Translations under genes and position numbers: made by a program
Notes under the pieces: generated by a model
What the model was told of the DNA's origin: nothing
The model's input: only the letters and a program-made list of their open reading frames with translations
Database searches by the model: none
Assembly: GCA_965116875.1 (NCBI GenBank)
Contig: OZ220733.1
Coordinates: forward strand, 2,528,001 to 2,592,000
Source: Candidatus Latescibacterota bacterium
Lineage (GTDB): Bacteria > Latescibacterota > UBA2968 > GCA-2709665
DNA length: 64,000 nt
Reading direction: 5' to 3'
Shown here: positions 16,988 through 27,169 of the stretch, one piece after another
Position numbering within the stretch: the first letter of the stretch is position 1
Layout of the letters: every line of letters starts with the position of its first letter

Positions 16988-19405
16988 TCACATTTCAATT
17001 CGAATCGTCCTTCCGGCGTCGACCGTCCGTTCCTCGCCGTCAATATCACCGCCTGAAATCCTGACCACCTGCCGACCGGAACCGGTGTTTACCACATAGA
17101 TCCCGCCGTCAGGTGTTGAATCGATCCTTACATCCCCATCCACGCTTAGCGAGTGCGTCGCGGCCAGAAGGCAGGCGCTCACGCTGTTCAGCTGTACGTC
17201 ATACCGTACGGCGTCTCCATTGGCTACAACCGTAGCGCCCGAATAGACCACGATTTCCTCGCGCCTGTTCTGAGTAAACGCACATACCCGGCGGTCGCCG
17301 GAGAAATTGGCGGCCGCGAGGTAGCCCTCGGTAACCAGGCACGCGCTCTGATCCGGCCCGGTCAGGACGTCGAGACGACTGGCGGGCGTATCCTCGTGGG
17401 CCTGCTCGGGTATCAGCAGCGCCGTGAGATTTCCCGCTTCCTCGCCCGCCCGAATCGCCCGGCCGTTCCCCTGACGGGAAAGCGTGAGATCATCCGCGAT
17501 CGCGCGATACGGATTGTAATAGTGCCGATTCAAATAGACCGCGTCTCCCGTTCCCGAACATACGATCCCCAGCCGGTTGTCGATATTCAGCCAGGCCGGC
17601 TTGCCGAGGGCATCCTCGACGTCGTCCGCTTCGCGCTCGCCGAGCCAGCCTCTGTAGTCGGTCGATCCGCCGGGACGGTACAGCGTGCGGACGCCGCGGC
17701 AGTTCGGTTCGAGCATCGGAAAATGCTCATTGGTAATCCGCAGGAACCCCTGGTCGAGTGATTCCACCTTCAGGTCTTCCAGGGCCGTGAACCGCTCGAA
17801 GGACAGCGCCCGTCCATCCGGCAGGCTGGCGAACAGCACCTCCTGCCGCAGGGACTCCTGGCACCGGTCCATGACCATCGCGGCGGCGAACCCGTCGTCA
17901 TAATCGGTCACCCGCACCCGCTTCAGACGATGGCTGTCCGGCCGTCCCTTCACCACCGGTCTTCCCAACCAGCTGTCCGAACAGGGCGCGATCGTATAGA
18001 TTCCCTCCCTCGTCAGCGGCATCGCCATGACGGAATTCCGCCAGGAAAACGAAGTCTGCCCCTTCGGGTGCCGGTGATGCACGAAACCCGCGTGCGGGTA
18101 CTCCCGCACCCCGGCCAGCCGGCGTTCGAGTTCATCATCGGGGGTGGGCGCCGCCCCGGGGCCGAACAGCCGGTGAAACAGGTACTGGTGCGCGACCGCG
18201 CCGATGGTGACTTCCCGCATGATCATGGGGTCCTGTTGATCGTGCGCCCGTTCCGCGAAATCCCTGTCGTACATCCGCCCGCCGTTCCCGTCCTGCCGCA
18301 GTTCAGCATTGCGCAGCCCCCTGCGCAGGAGCGCGGCGGCGTCGGGGTCGTCAAAGAACACGGCGGCGGCCGAATGCGGCGTATCGGTTCCGGTGGTTGG
18401 CAGATAATGCCAGTCCATCCCCTGCACGGCCTGGGCATATCCGGACCCGTCGGTCATCGCTTTGAGGTTTTCGTAGACCCTGCGCCGGTTCCAGAACACC
18501 TCCGGCGGCAGTTCCCGTCCCCACAGCTTCAATTGTGCTCCCGCAGAGGTGAGCGGCCGAACGCCTGATGCGGTGTAGTTCGGGTGTACCATCCCGTGGT
18601 TTTCCGCCCAGTAATCCGGCAACGCCGTGAATATCTTTCCCGCCAGCGCCGCCGCCGTGGCGCCGTTCAACTTGCCGCGGTCCTTTGCGTCCTGGGGCGT
18701 TGCACACGTGGAATACATCCAGCGTCTGCACGTGGCCTCCCACTGAGCCGCCTGTTCGTGTCGATTCAGAAACAGGAAACACGATGTCAATCCGTTGGAG
18801 GTCCACGCATTCTCTTCCATCTGAGTGTCGACGTAGATCCCGCTCTTCGGCGCCATGTTCCCGAACCTGACGGCATAGTCCGCGTGTACCCGCGCCATCA
18901 TCATCCAGGTCTCGTCGTCGATCCGGTCCCGCAACAACAGGCATACCCGCCCCAGCAAGGAAATGCCGTGGCCGCACTGGCTTTCCTTGAAGAACCCCAA
19001 CCCGCGTTCACCCCACTTCGTCCCGCAGATTTCGGGCCGTCCCATTCCCGTGTCGGGCCGCAAGCAGTCCGGCGGCCCGGAATCGTGTGTGAAACACAGG
19101 TACCGCAACCCCATGATCGCCATGCGCTGAAGGTCGCTCCTGGAAACGCCGACGCCCTTCTCGTCATACTCCGGGGAGATGCTGGCAAGCGCGAACGTTT
19201 CCACCGGCGGCGCCGTCTCACCGCCGTACCAGTGACACCCCCCGAAGAAATGCCCGCAATTCGGCCTGTCCGGCCATTCCTGAAAATACTCGACGCCCGT
19301 TGGAATCCACTTCTCGATCATCCGCAGATATCGGCGGCTGAGTTCATTCTCCTCATCCGGCAGGAACGGCGCCTTCAATTCCGTTGTGTCTGACATTCGT
19401 ACCAT
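16988..19405 (-). CDS. Conserved hypothetical protein (~805 aa), paralog A
   Basis: Long ORF collinear with 23932-26346 (CGHFFGG, YLCFTHD, DTQMEENAW, ENHGMVHPxY); start may be 19396. Confidence 0.8.
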   Translation of the reverse strand: MVRMSDTTELKAPFLPDEENELSRRYLRMIEKWIPTGVEYFQEWPDRPNCGHFFGGCHWYGGETAPPVETFALASISPEYDEKGVGVSRSDLQRMAIMGLRYLCFTHDSGPPDCLRPDTGMGRPEICGTKWGERGLGFFKESQCGHGISLLGRVCLLLRDRIDDETWMMMARVHADYAVRFGNMAPKSGIYVDTQMEENAWTSNGLTSCFLFLNRHEQAAQWEATCRRWMYSTCATPQDAKDRGKLNGATAAALAGKIFTALPDYWAENHGMVHPNYTASGVRPLTSAGAQLKLWGRELPPEVFWNRRRVYENLKAMTDGSGYAQAVQGMDWHYLPTTGTDTPHSAAAVFFDDPDAAALLRRGLRNAELRQDGNGGRMYDRDFAERAHDQQDPMIMREVTIGAVAHQYLFHRLFGPGAAPTPDDELERRLAGVREYPHAGFVHHRHPKGQTSFSWRNSVMAMPLTREGIYTIAPCSDSWLGRPVVKGRPDSHRLKRVRVTDYDDGFAAAMVMDRCQESLRQEVLFASLPDGRALSFERFTALEDLKVESLDQGFLRITNEHFPMLEPNCRGVRTLYRPGGSTDYRGWLGEREADDVEDALGKPAWLNIDNRLGIVCSGTGDAVYLNRHYYNPYRAIADDLTLSRQGNGRAIRAGEEAGNLTALLIPEQAHEDTPASRLDVLTGPDQSACLVTEGYLAAANFSGDRRVCAFTQNRREEIVVYSGATVVANGDAVRYDVQLNSVSACLLAATHSLSVDGDVRIDSTPDGGIYVVNTGSGRQVVRISGGDIDGEERTVDAGRTIRIEM

Positions 19406-19429
19406 ATCGAAATCTCCTAAATCTAGAAG

Positions 19430-19743
19430 CAGCGATCAGCTATCAGCCATCAGCGGTCAGCTAAAGTCAAAAACGAAAGGCAGGATCAAAGGCAACCCCC
19501 ACCGCCCCGCAGACCTCTCTCCCCGGCCCTCTCTCCTACCAGGAGAGAGGGAGAAAAGGCACACGTCGCGTGCCGGTCATTGATAGACACTCTGATTGAC
19601 AAGGACACGCCGCCGGTTTTCCGCTCTCCTCAGCAATCCGCTCCCATTCGATTCTTGCGAGAGTCCGATTGCAGAAGTGACAGATGTCAAAGTTACAGCT
19701 ACTTTTTCCTTCTTCCTTCAGGAAGGGGGTTAGGGGGTAGGTC
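19430..19743. repeat. Composite repeat: NNTCAGC heptamers + CCTCTC REP pair
   Basis: 19430-19555 is closely similar to 28041-28163; inverted REP partner at about 19704-19743. Confidence 0.65.
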
Positions 19744-19751
19744 CCGCGTCC

Positions 19752-22460
19752 CTAATGTTCCGTCGCGGGTCGATGTCTCACGTCCATGATCTCGTAACGA
19801 TTCTCGCCCGACCATGACCTACCGGGGAAATAGACGTGCCGGCTCGTGCCGTCCGGTTTGATTTCGAATCCGGGATCGTCCGCCAGCACGAGAACCGTCC
19901 CTCCATCTCTTCGGATGACATCCGTCAGACGAAGACCAAGCGAAAACCCCGCGCCGTCTTTGACAACGACGGTCAGATCCCTTAACCGGTCGCTATTGGG
20001 AACATCGCCGTCCACAACCAGTCCGTTGATGTCCGAACCGCTTTCCTTTCGCAAAACGCCCAGAACCGCGCCTTCGAAGACGCCTTCTCCCGAAAGTTTG
20101 ACATTCCCCTTTCGCAGCAGCGACCCGCCCACCAGGGTCATCTTCTCCACGGCGCCGTCCCGTTCACGCATGAATCCGATCCGGCCATCCAGTACGGTAT
20201 CTCCCGCAACCATTCGTCTTCCTTCCCTGCTATGCAAAAGGAAGTCTGTATAGTCGTCGCCTTCAATCTTCAACGCCAGACCGTCGGAGTCACTGTCCAG
20301 CATCTCCACGGAACGCAGGAACGGCGCTTTACCGAAGGGTTCCAGCACATTCACGAATTCGCTGGAGAGGTCCTTGCCCTCCCTGCGATGGATCAACGCG
20401 GGCATGGTAACTTCATCGAGCCGGCCTTCGCTCTCTTCCGCGCGCCTGACCGATGGCATGCTCCCGAATAGCAACTCTCCATCCAGTCCTGAAACACCGT
20501 GAACGCGGACGCCGCCCTTCGGTTCGCCCTCGCTGGTGAAGACCACGTTCCACGGCGCGGAGATTTCCGCCCGGCGCACGTCCCGCACGTACGCGTACAC
20601 GAAGTTGTGTCCCTCGGCATATCCCGGTACGGTCTCCCCGCTGGGCAATACAAACTTCACATCGGGCGGCAGCAGCGTCTCGCCGTATGGCGATCGATCC
20701 AGGTCCGTTTCGATCGACCCGTCGTTATTCGCGTCGCCCACCAGTACGTATTCGTGCCGATCTCCGCCGTCAACGCGAAACACATCGACCACGTAAGCAT
20801 CCTGCGCAGAAACACCGATCATCACCAGCAGGCGCCTGTAGTCCCTGACGACCCCGGGATAGGCCCGATTGCCCCGGGCGGCCACTGCCTGGAACCCGCT
20901 GTTTCCCGGGACAAACAGCAGCAGGTTGCCGTCGGAAGGATTGTTTTCGTCCCCCCGCGCCTGGTCGTCGCCGTCCACAACCACGGTGCTGTGCGAAAGC
21001 GTGCTCGACGCCCACTGGCGCTGGTGGGTCCAGGTGTAGCCGATATCGGACAGTCGTTCCTGTCCGTGTGCAAACAGGGTGATACTCAAGAGGTCCGCGT
21101 GCGCGTGCCCGTATGCTCCCGAAAAGTGCAGGTGCGCCTGCGTCTGGTTCGCGCCGCTTCCCCGTCCCAGCCACGCGTGTCCGGCGCCGCCGAGAAGGTA
21201 CGGGCCGGAGCATTCAGTGGCGGCGCGATGCTCCCGCGCCCAGGTATCGTGCACCGCAACAACGCGACCGTTCGGGTATCGCAGGAGTTCCGGAATTCGC
21301 CTGGCCTTTTCGAAGAGCGGAAACCCGTCCGACAGATTCAGGTTCTCGTAACGCACGCCGCTTTCCGGATGAACATAGCTGCCTGGATCGCTATACCCCT
21401 CAAGCAGGTCCATGACATCGGCAAGTCCCTGCACCGTCTGGTTGTGGTACGACACCGCCGCTTCGCGCCACATCCCATCCACGAAAAACTGCTTGCGGAT
21501 CAGGTCGGTGATCCATTGCACGGCGTCGTGCACGTACGCCGGCTCGGCGAGGACCCTGCCCGCGGAAATCAGTCCTCTGAGGATCACAGGGTCCATGTTG
21601 CTCAGCGTTATCGGATAGGACCGCACAAAAGAAACGCTGCCGCGAATCAGATCATTCTCAATCCTCCAGCGCATCCCGTCGTCCACCTGGCCGCTGTCGC
21701 GAATCAGGTCGTAGGCGAAGACCAGGTTCGACGGGATATCGCCATACGCCCAGTAGTCCCACTTCGCAGCCAGATACGGAGACACCGGAAAGGGAAACGA
21801 GCGATTGCCCTCGAAAATTACCTTTGGGCGGAACGGCGCATCGAATCTGGGACAATACCCCGGATAGACCTGGGCGAACCGGTCCAGGATCAACGCCGCC
21901 CGCCGCGCGAACTCGGGATTCCCGGTCAGATGATAAAGCTTCCCGAGGCGATGCGCCGCATCGGAGAAATATTCCCGGGCGACGTACCATCCCTTCGCCC
22001 GGAAATAGTGCCGGTACTTCGGATCGGGTTCGATATGAGAAAGGGACCCCTGCAGTTGCGCAGGCGGCGGAAACGGCGCCTCCCAGTAGGGATACTCCTG
22101 GACTTCGCCCCGCGCATTGGTCACCCGCATCACCCCGTTTTCCGGGTAGACCTCGTTGGGAAAACGCATCTGGCAGAACTGGCAGAAGACCCGGTCGGGT
22201 TCCTCGATCGACCACGACAACTGATTCTCCTCGGCGCCTCCCTCGCAATTCGGGCAATCCACAAACCGGAAACCGGACCGGTCCGGAATCAACCGCGCCA
22301 GTTCGTCTTCGGACAGCGCCATCAGGTGCGCCAGGCTCTCCTTCAGTCCAGCGACGTGACTCCGGTCGACATCGGGCCGAAACACCGGTTCAGCGTTCAA
22401 CCGTTGAGGAATCAGGCACAATAGAATCGCCAGGGCCAATATGATACAGATCAACATCAT
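19752..22460 (-). CDS. Secreted heparinase II/III-like polysaccharide lyase
   Basis: Signal peptide MMLICIILALAILLCLIP..AE from ATG 22460. DGMWRE..SYH, GHAHADLLS, DIGY, STLSHSTVVVDG; CxxC pairs near the N-terminus. Confidence 0.75.
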   Translation of the reverse strand: MMLICIILALAILLCLIPQRLNAEPVFRPDVDRSHVAGLKESLAHLMALSEDELARLIPDRSGFRFVDCPNCEGGAEENQLSWSIEEPDRVFCQFCQMRFPNEVYPENGVMRVTNARGEVQEYPYWEAPFPPPAQLQGSLSHIEPDPKYRHYFRAKGWYVAREYFSDAAHRLGKLYHLTGNPEFARRAALILDRFAQVYPGYCPRFDAPFRPKVIFEGNRSFPFPVSPYLAAKWDYWAYGDIPSNLVFAYDLIRDSGQVDDGMRWRIENDLIRGSVSFVRSYPITLSNMDPVILRGLISAGRVLAEPAYVHDAVQWITDLIRKQFFVDGMWREAAVSYHNQTVQGLADVMDLLEGYSDPGSYVHPESGVRYENLNLSDGFPLFEKARRIPELLRYPNGRVVAVHDTWAREHRAATECSGPYLLGGAGHAWLGRGSGANQTQAHLHFSGAYGHAHADLLSITLFAHGQERLSDIGYTWTHQRQWASSTLSHSTVVVDGDDQARGDENNPSDGNLLLFVPGNSGFQAVAARGNRAYPGVVRDYRRLLVMIGVSAQDAYVVDVFRVDGGDRHEYVLVGDANNDGSIETDLDRSPYGETLLPPDVKFVLPSGETVPGYAEGHNFVYAYVRDVRRAEISAPWNVVFTSEGEPKGGVRVHGVSGLDGELLFGSMPSVRRAEESEGRLDEVTMPALIHRREGKDLSSEFVNVLEPFGKAPFLRSVEMLDSDSDGLALKIEGDDYTDFLLHSREGRRMVAGDTVLDGRIGFMRERDGAVEKMTLVGGSLLRKGNVKLSGEGVFEGAVLGVLRKESGSDINGLVVDGDVPNSDRLRDLTVVVKDGAGFSLGLRLTDVIRRDGGTVLVLADDPGFEIKPDGTSRHVYFPGRSWSGENRYEIMDVRHRPATEH

Positions 22461-22471
22461 CCTGGGTTCCG

Positions 22472-23860
22472 TCAGGGAGAGAATACGACGTCGTCGTCCA
22501 GTGGAAACACGGGACGACGGATCCGTTCGTAGGACAAGTTCTCCAGCGCCAGGGTGGTACACCCGGGACTGACCGCCATCAACGCCGCCCCGGCGATTTC
22601 ACGAAGTTCAGGTGCGAGGTACCCGTGTTTCACAACCACGATCTCGTGTTCCAGGGGGTTTACGTTCGCCTCTTCGAAAGCCCGCAACTCCAGGAACGGC
22701 ATGCGGTCGGCCGTCAGGACCACCCGGACGCCGTCCACCTGAAACACGGCGATCCTCGGCGGGTTCATCGAAATCACCCGGCCGGTCACGTTCAGAGGAG
22801 AACCATTGACCCTGTCGAGCCTGCCGCCCAATGTCAGCGTCAGCACGGCGCCGACGCCGGCGCCGGTACACAACTCGACCGCCGGGGCGTCCGCGATCCC
22901 GGTGACAACCGCATCCCGGGCGCCGGCCTCGAGCAGCGTCTTCAGGACGAGGGGGACGTCGCCCGCCGCGCCCGCGGTTACATTGTCACCTGAATCGGAA
23001 ACAAACACGGGATGCCGGGCCTGGCGGATCGCTCGCTGAACGACCTCTTCCACCGGCAGCGTCACCACGTCCGGCTTGAATTCATCCCGGCGCCGCCAGA
23101 TTTTCACCGCGAGGCGCTTCGCGTGTTCCTCTGCCACGTTTCGATTCTCCGAAACCACGATCGCGGCAACGGACGTAAACGGCGAATCCGTCCACGCGCA
23201 CCCGATCGTAATCGAGGCGTCCATAATCTCCGGGTGCGCTTCTGTCTCCTCGAGTCCTGCGTACAGGGACCGGGCGGGCTCCACCCCGGTGGCCGCGTGT
23301 TCGCCGGGCAGCAGCATGGGCAGCCTTACGATGGTGTTCGCCGGGTGGATATCCTCTTTTACGCAGCGGACGAGGTGTCCGATCGCGCGCATCTGCGTCT
23401 CGCGCCGGTCCACGTGAGGCGCGGTCCTCAGCGCCGTGAGTACATTGGTCTTCTCGATGACCTCGGGCGCAAGATTGGCGTGCAGGTCCAGACTGGCGAC
23501 GATCGGAATCTCGTCGCCCACCGCCTCGCGCACACGGCAGACCAGGTCGCGTTCCCCGTCGCCGATGCCGTCCACCTCCATTGCGCCGTGCAGGTCCAGG
23601 TACACGCCGTCCACGGGGGATGCCCGGCGCAGACGTTCCACCAACTCGTCTGCCATGGACTCGCTGGCGTCCCGGAGGACCAGTCCATGCGGCTGCGCCT
23701 TCGAGACCAGCGTGGGCGCCCACTCGACGTTGTCGAACGCCTGCCAGGGTCCGTCGGCCAGTATTTCCTCTCCGCGCAGGACGTGAAAGTCATCGATTCC
23801 CGCGCGTAACGGGGAGAAGGTGTTCGTTTCGTGCCTGATCCCACAGATCGCCAACCGCAT
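22472..23860 (-). CDS. M81 family metallopeptidase (MlrC-like)
   Basis: HETNTFS, LDLHGAM, SLDLHAN, RTAPHVD, DSGDN..AG..GD, VVKHGY. Confidence 0.9.
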   Translation of the reverse strand: MRLAICGIRHETNTFSPLRAGIDDFHVLRGEEILADGPWQAFDNVEWAPTLVSKAQPHGLVLRDASESMADELVERLRRASPVDGVYLDLHGAMEVDGIGDGERDLVCRVREAVGDEIPIVASLDLHANLAPEVIEKTNVLTALRTAPHVDRRETQMRAIGHLVRCVKEDIHPANTIVRLPMLLPGEHAATGVEPARSLYAGLEETEAHPEIMDASITIGCAWTDSPFTSVAAIVVSENRNVAEEHAKRLAVKIWRRRDEFKPDVVTLPVEEVVQRAIRQARHPVFVSDSGDNVTAGAAGDVPLVLKTLLEAGARDAVVTGIADAPAVELCTGAGVGAVLTLTLGGRLDRVNGSPLNVTGRVISMNPPRIAVFQVDGVRVVLTADRMPFLELRAFEEANVNPLEHEIVVVKHGYLAPELREIAGAALMAVSPGCTTLALENLSYERIRRPVFPLDDDVVFSP

Positions 23861-23931
23861 TTTGCATATTCCCGTCTATTGGCCCGTAGACACGGACCGT
23901 TGAAAACCCAACCTGAGACTCATCCTGGACG

Positions 23932-26346
23932 TCAGATGCACGCCACCTGTGCCGCTTCCATCCGAAGGGTCAGTTCTTCCCCGTCTCTCAAAATGATCAC
24001 GTCGACCCTTCGCCCCGCATCATTGGTGACATACGCGTCTCCGCCGGGAACCGCTTCGATGCGAATGTCCCCATCGCATCGGACCTTCATGACTTCCTTC
24101 ATGCAGACGGCTTCGCCGCCCTCGATGGGCACTGAATACGCAACGCGTTGTCCGGTGACGCGCGTGGTGCTTCCAAAGACCGGGACCGGATTCCCGACTC
24201 CCGTCGTAAACGCACATAACTTCCGCTTCTCGCCAAAATTACCCGCGCAAAGATAACCGTCCACGAGTACACAGACGGTATCTTCGGACGACTCGGCGAC
24301 TGTGAGAAACTGGTCCGGCGTTTCCTCGTGCGGCTGCTCGGGGCAGATCAGCATGGCCAGCGCGCCAACCTGTTCACCGGCGCCGTATTCCTTCGCCCGT
24401 TCTTCGAGGCTCAGGAACAGATCGTCAGCGACCGCCCGGAAGCTGAATGGCGGGAAATAGTGACGGTTCAGATAGCGGGTCCCGCCGGTTCCTTTGAACA
24501 CAATTCCCAGTTGATCGTCCACGTTCAGCCAGCCGGGGTTACGAAGGTCGAATACCACGTCCCCGGCGGGATCATTACCTGGAAACCCGGGAAACGGCTC
24601 CGCTCCGTCCGGATGATAGAGAACCCGTTCTCCGTCGCACTGGCCGCCGACGAGGGGGAAGTTTTCGTTGACGACCCTGATGAATCCCTGATCCAGCCTC
24701 TCCACCGTACAATCCCGCAGCGCCTGGAGCCGTTCGCTGCACACCATCCTTCCATCGGGAAGCGAGCAGCACAAGACGCGCTGGCGGATCGTGTCCTGAG
24801 CCCGGTCGTTTTCCATGAGCGCCGCGAACCCGTCGTCCGTCTGGTTGATCCGCATGACGCGAAGATTCTGGCTTCCCGGCCTGTCCTTTACCGTTACGTT
24901 GGCCAGCAGACTCCAGCGGCTGGGTCCCACCGTATGCACGCCGTCGCGCGTGAACGGCAGCGCCATCACGTAATTTCGCCAGGACAGGGAATTCTGGCCC
25001 TTTCCGTGTCGATGATGCACGAACCCGGAATGCGGAAATACCCGGACGCCGTTGAACTTCGCCGCAATCTCCGCTTCCGACGCGGGCGCCGGCGCCTCCG
25101 CATCCATCAGCCGGTGCAGGAGATAGGGTTTGACGATCCCGGCGATCATTTCCGATTCCTTGATTTCCATGGGATCTTCCACCTCGTGGCACGTCGCCGC
25201 AATCACAGGATCGATCAACCGGCCCCCGTTCCCTTCCTGTTTCTTTTCCCGGATCTCCAGCGAGACCTCCTCGAAATATCCCGCGTCCGGGTCTTTCAGA
25301 AACAGATAGGCCGATGCGTGCAGCACGTGTTGTTCCCCCAGATAGAGACGGTCCATTCCCTGCGTGGGCATCGCCGAACCCGTCGCATCCGTGAGCAGCT
25401 TGATCGCATCGTAGACCCGCTGGCGGTTCCAGTAGGCCTCGGAGGGTTCGATTCTTCCATACATCCGGTAGAGCAGTCCCAGGCTGGCCACCGACTGGAC
25501 TCCGGAAGCGGTATAGCCGGGATGGACCATCCCGTGGTTCTCGGCCATGTAGTCCGGCAGCGTGGTGAACGTCTTTCCCGTCAACGCTGCCGCCGTCGAT
25601 CCGGATTCCAGCGCCCCTTCGTTGAACCGGTCCTGCGGGACCGCGCATGCCGAAAACATCCATCGACGGGCGCAGTCTTCCCACGCTTCCGCGCGTTCGT
25701 GTCCGGACAGAAACAGATAGCATGCCGCCAGGCCGTGCGCCGTCCACGCGTTCTCCTCCATCTGCGTATCGGCGAATACCCCGCTCTTCGGCGCCATCTC
25801 TCCGAACCGATCGAGGTAATCCAGGCAGATCTCCGCCAGCATCATGCGCGTTTCGTCGTCCACGTACGGCCGCAGCATCAGGGCCGCGGACGTCATGTTC
25901 GCAACGGTCCCGCCGCACTGGCTTTCAGGAAAGAACCCCCGGCCCCGTTCCCCCCACTTCGTGCCCCAGGACCTCGGCATTCCCAGCCCTCTGGACGGAC
26001 GCAGGCATTCCCCGGGGCCCGTGTCGTGCGTGAAACACAGGTATCGGATGGCCTTGATGACGACGTCACGGAGGTCGTCGATCGACAGTCCCGTGATATT
26101 CTCGTCGTATTCGGGCGACGTGCCCACCGCGGCCAGGGCGTGCAGCGGGACGGCCGTCTCGATGCCGTACCAATGGACCCCGCCGAAGAAATGACCGCAA
26201 TGGGGACGCTCTTCCCATTCCTCGAAATAGCTCAGCGCGGTGGGAAGCCACTTCTGCGCGATCCCCAGGTAGCGCCGGCTCATCGGCGTTTCGACGGGGG
26301 GTATGCAGGCGCGTTCCAGGCCTGTGATCATGTCGGCGGTGACCAT
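23932..26346 (-). CDS. Conserved hypothetical protein (~804 aa), paralog B
   Basis: Collinear with 16988-19405, sharing several identical motifs; GGAGG RBS. Confidence 0.8.
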   Translation of the reverse strand: MVTADMITGLERACIPPVETPMSRRYLGIAQKWLPTALSYFEEWEERPHCGHFFGGVHWYGIETAVPLHALAAVGTSPEYDENITGLSIDDLRDVVIKAIRYLCFTHDTGPGECLRPSRGLGMPRSWGTKWGERGRGFFPESQCGGTVANMTSAALMLRPYVDDETRMMLAEICLDYLDRFGEMAPKSGVFADTQMEENAWTAHGLAACYLFLSGHERAEAWEDCARRWMFSACAVPQDRFNEGALESGSTAAALTGKTFTTLPDYMAENHGMVHPGYTASGVQSVASLGLLYRMYGRIEPSEAYWNRQRVYDAIKLLTDATGSAMPTQGMDRLYLGEQHVLHASAYLFLKDPDAGYFEEVSLEIREKKQEGNGGRLIDPVIAATCHEVEDPMEIKESEMIAGIVKPYLLHRLMDAEAPAPASEAEIAAKFNGVRVFPHSGFVHHRHGKGQNSLSWRNYVMALPFTRDGVHTVGPSRWSLLANVTVKDRPGSQNLRVMRINQTDDGFAALMENDRAQDTIRQRVLCCSLPDGRMVCSERLQALRDCTVERLDQGFIRVVNENFPLVGGQCDGERVLYHPDGAEPFPGFPGNDPAGDVVFDLRNPGWLNVDDQLGIVFKGTGGTRYLNRHYFPPFSFRAVADDLFLSLEERAKEYGAGEQVGALAMLICPEQPHEETPDQFLTVAESSEDTVCVLVDGYLCAGNFGEKRKLCAFTTGVGNPVPVFGSTTRVTGQRVAYSVPIEGGEAVCMKEVMKVRCDGDIRIEAVPGGDAYVTNDAGRRVDVIILRDGEELTLRMEAAQVACI

Positions 26347-26368
26347 GTGTCGATTCCCTCCAAAACGC

Positions 26369-27169
26369 TCAATTCAACATCCGTTCAGCACGTTTGTAAC
26401 AGATTTCCTCCAGCGTTTCCTCATCCACCGGCAACACCGCGCACTTGACCCTCGCGGCGGAAGGATAGGAGAACGGTGCGTGCGTGCCGAATACGAGATG
26501 GTCCGCGCCGCCCTCGTCGATGAAGTTCGCCAGATCGCCCAACTGGTTCACGTTCAGGCTCAATGAGTAATGGACTTCCGCGAGGGACAGGTCGAAATAC
26601 CAGTCGCGGTCCCGGATCTCCTTTCGCTGCCACACGGCGGAACCAGCAATCCCCCGTGCATTGGGGACCACGATGGTCGCCCCAGGGACCGCGGCGATCA
26701 GATTCGCCACGCCATTGAGGTCCAGCATACGCCCGGGGTCCATCCAGTGCTTCTGTCTGACGTCCTCGATCCGGTGGGGTATGAATACCGGAAGACCCCG
26801 CTCCGCGCATGCGGATACGACGTTTCGGGCCTCCGGTCCGTCAACGGCGAATTCGTGATACTCCGGGAACAGGCGCGCCCCCTTCATTCCCAGGTCTTCG
26901 TGGCAGCGGCGCAGATCGCCTTCCCAGTTCCGATCGGCCGCATTGATCGTCGCCATGGGAATCAATCGATCGGTATACCCCTCCAGGTCCTCGGCAAGCC
27001 GCTCGTTGGCCGGCTGAACGCTGCGGTGCAATATCGCTTCGATTCGGGACACCGCGGCGTTGCCGATTCCGGCGCGGTCAAGCCTTCGGATGAGTGTTTC
27101 GGGCGTATTGTCGCGCAATGCCCGAAAGGGCCACGAACCCAACCATGCATTGAGATCGAAGTATTTCAT
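26369..27169 (-). CDS. Amidohydrolase-2 family protein (degenerate metal site)
   Basis: GARLFPEYH, PVFIP, LVFGTHAPF; N-terminal DLNAW lacks the HxH motif. Confidence 0.7.
   Translation of the reverse strand: MKYFDLNAWLGSWPFRALRDNTPETLIRRLDRAGIGNAAVSRIEAILHRSVQPANERLAEDLEGYTDRLIPMATINAADRNWEGDLRRCHEDLGMKGARLFPEYHEFAVDGPEARNVVSACAERGLPVFIPHRIEDVRQKHWMDPGRMLDLNGVANLIAAVPGATIVVPNARGIAGSAVWQRKEIRDRDWYFDLSLAEVHYSLSLNVNQLGDLANFIDEGGADHLVFGTHAPFSYPSAARVKCAVLPVDEETLEEICYKRAERMLN

Noticed and set aside
20499-26448. Long antisense ORFs (641 aa, 706 aa; also 49749-51755)
   Set aside because: Shadow frames of high-GC genes that have clear motifs on the opposite strand.
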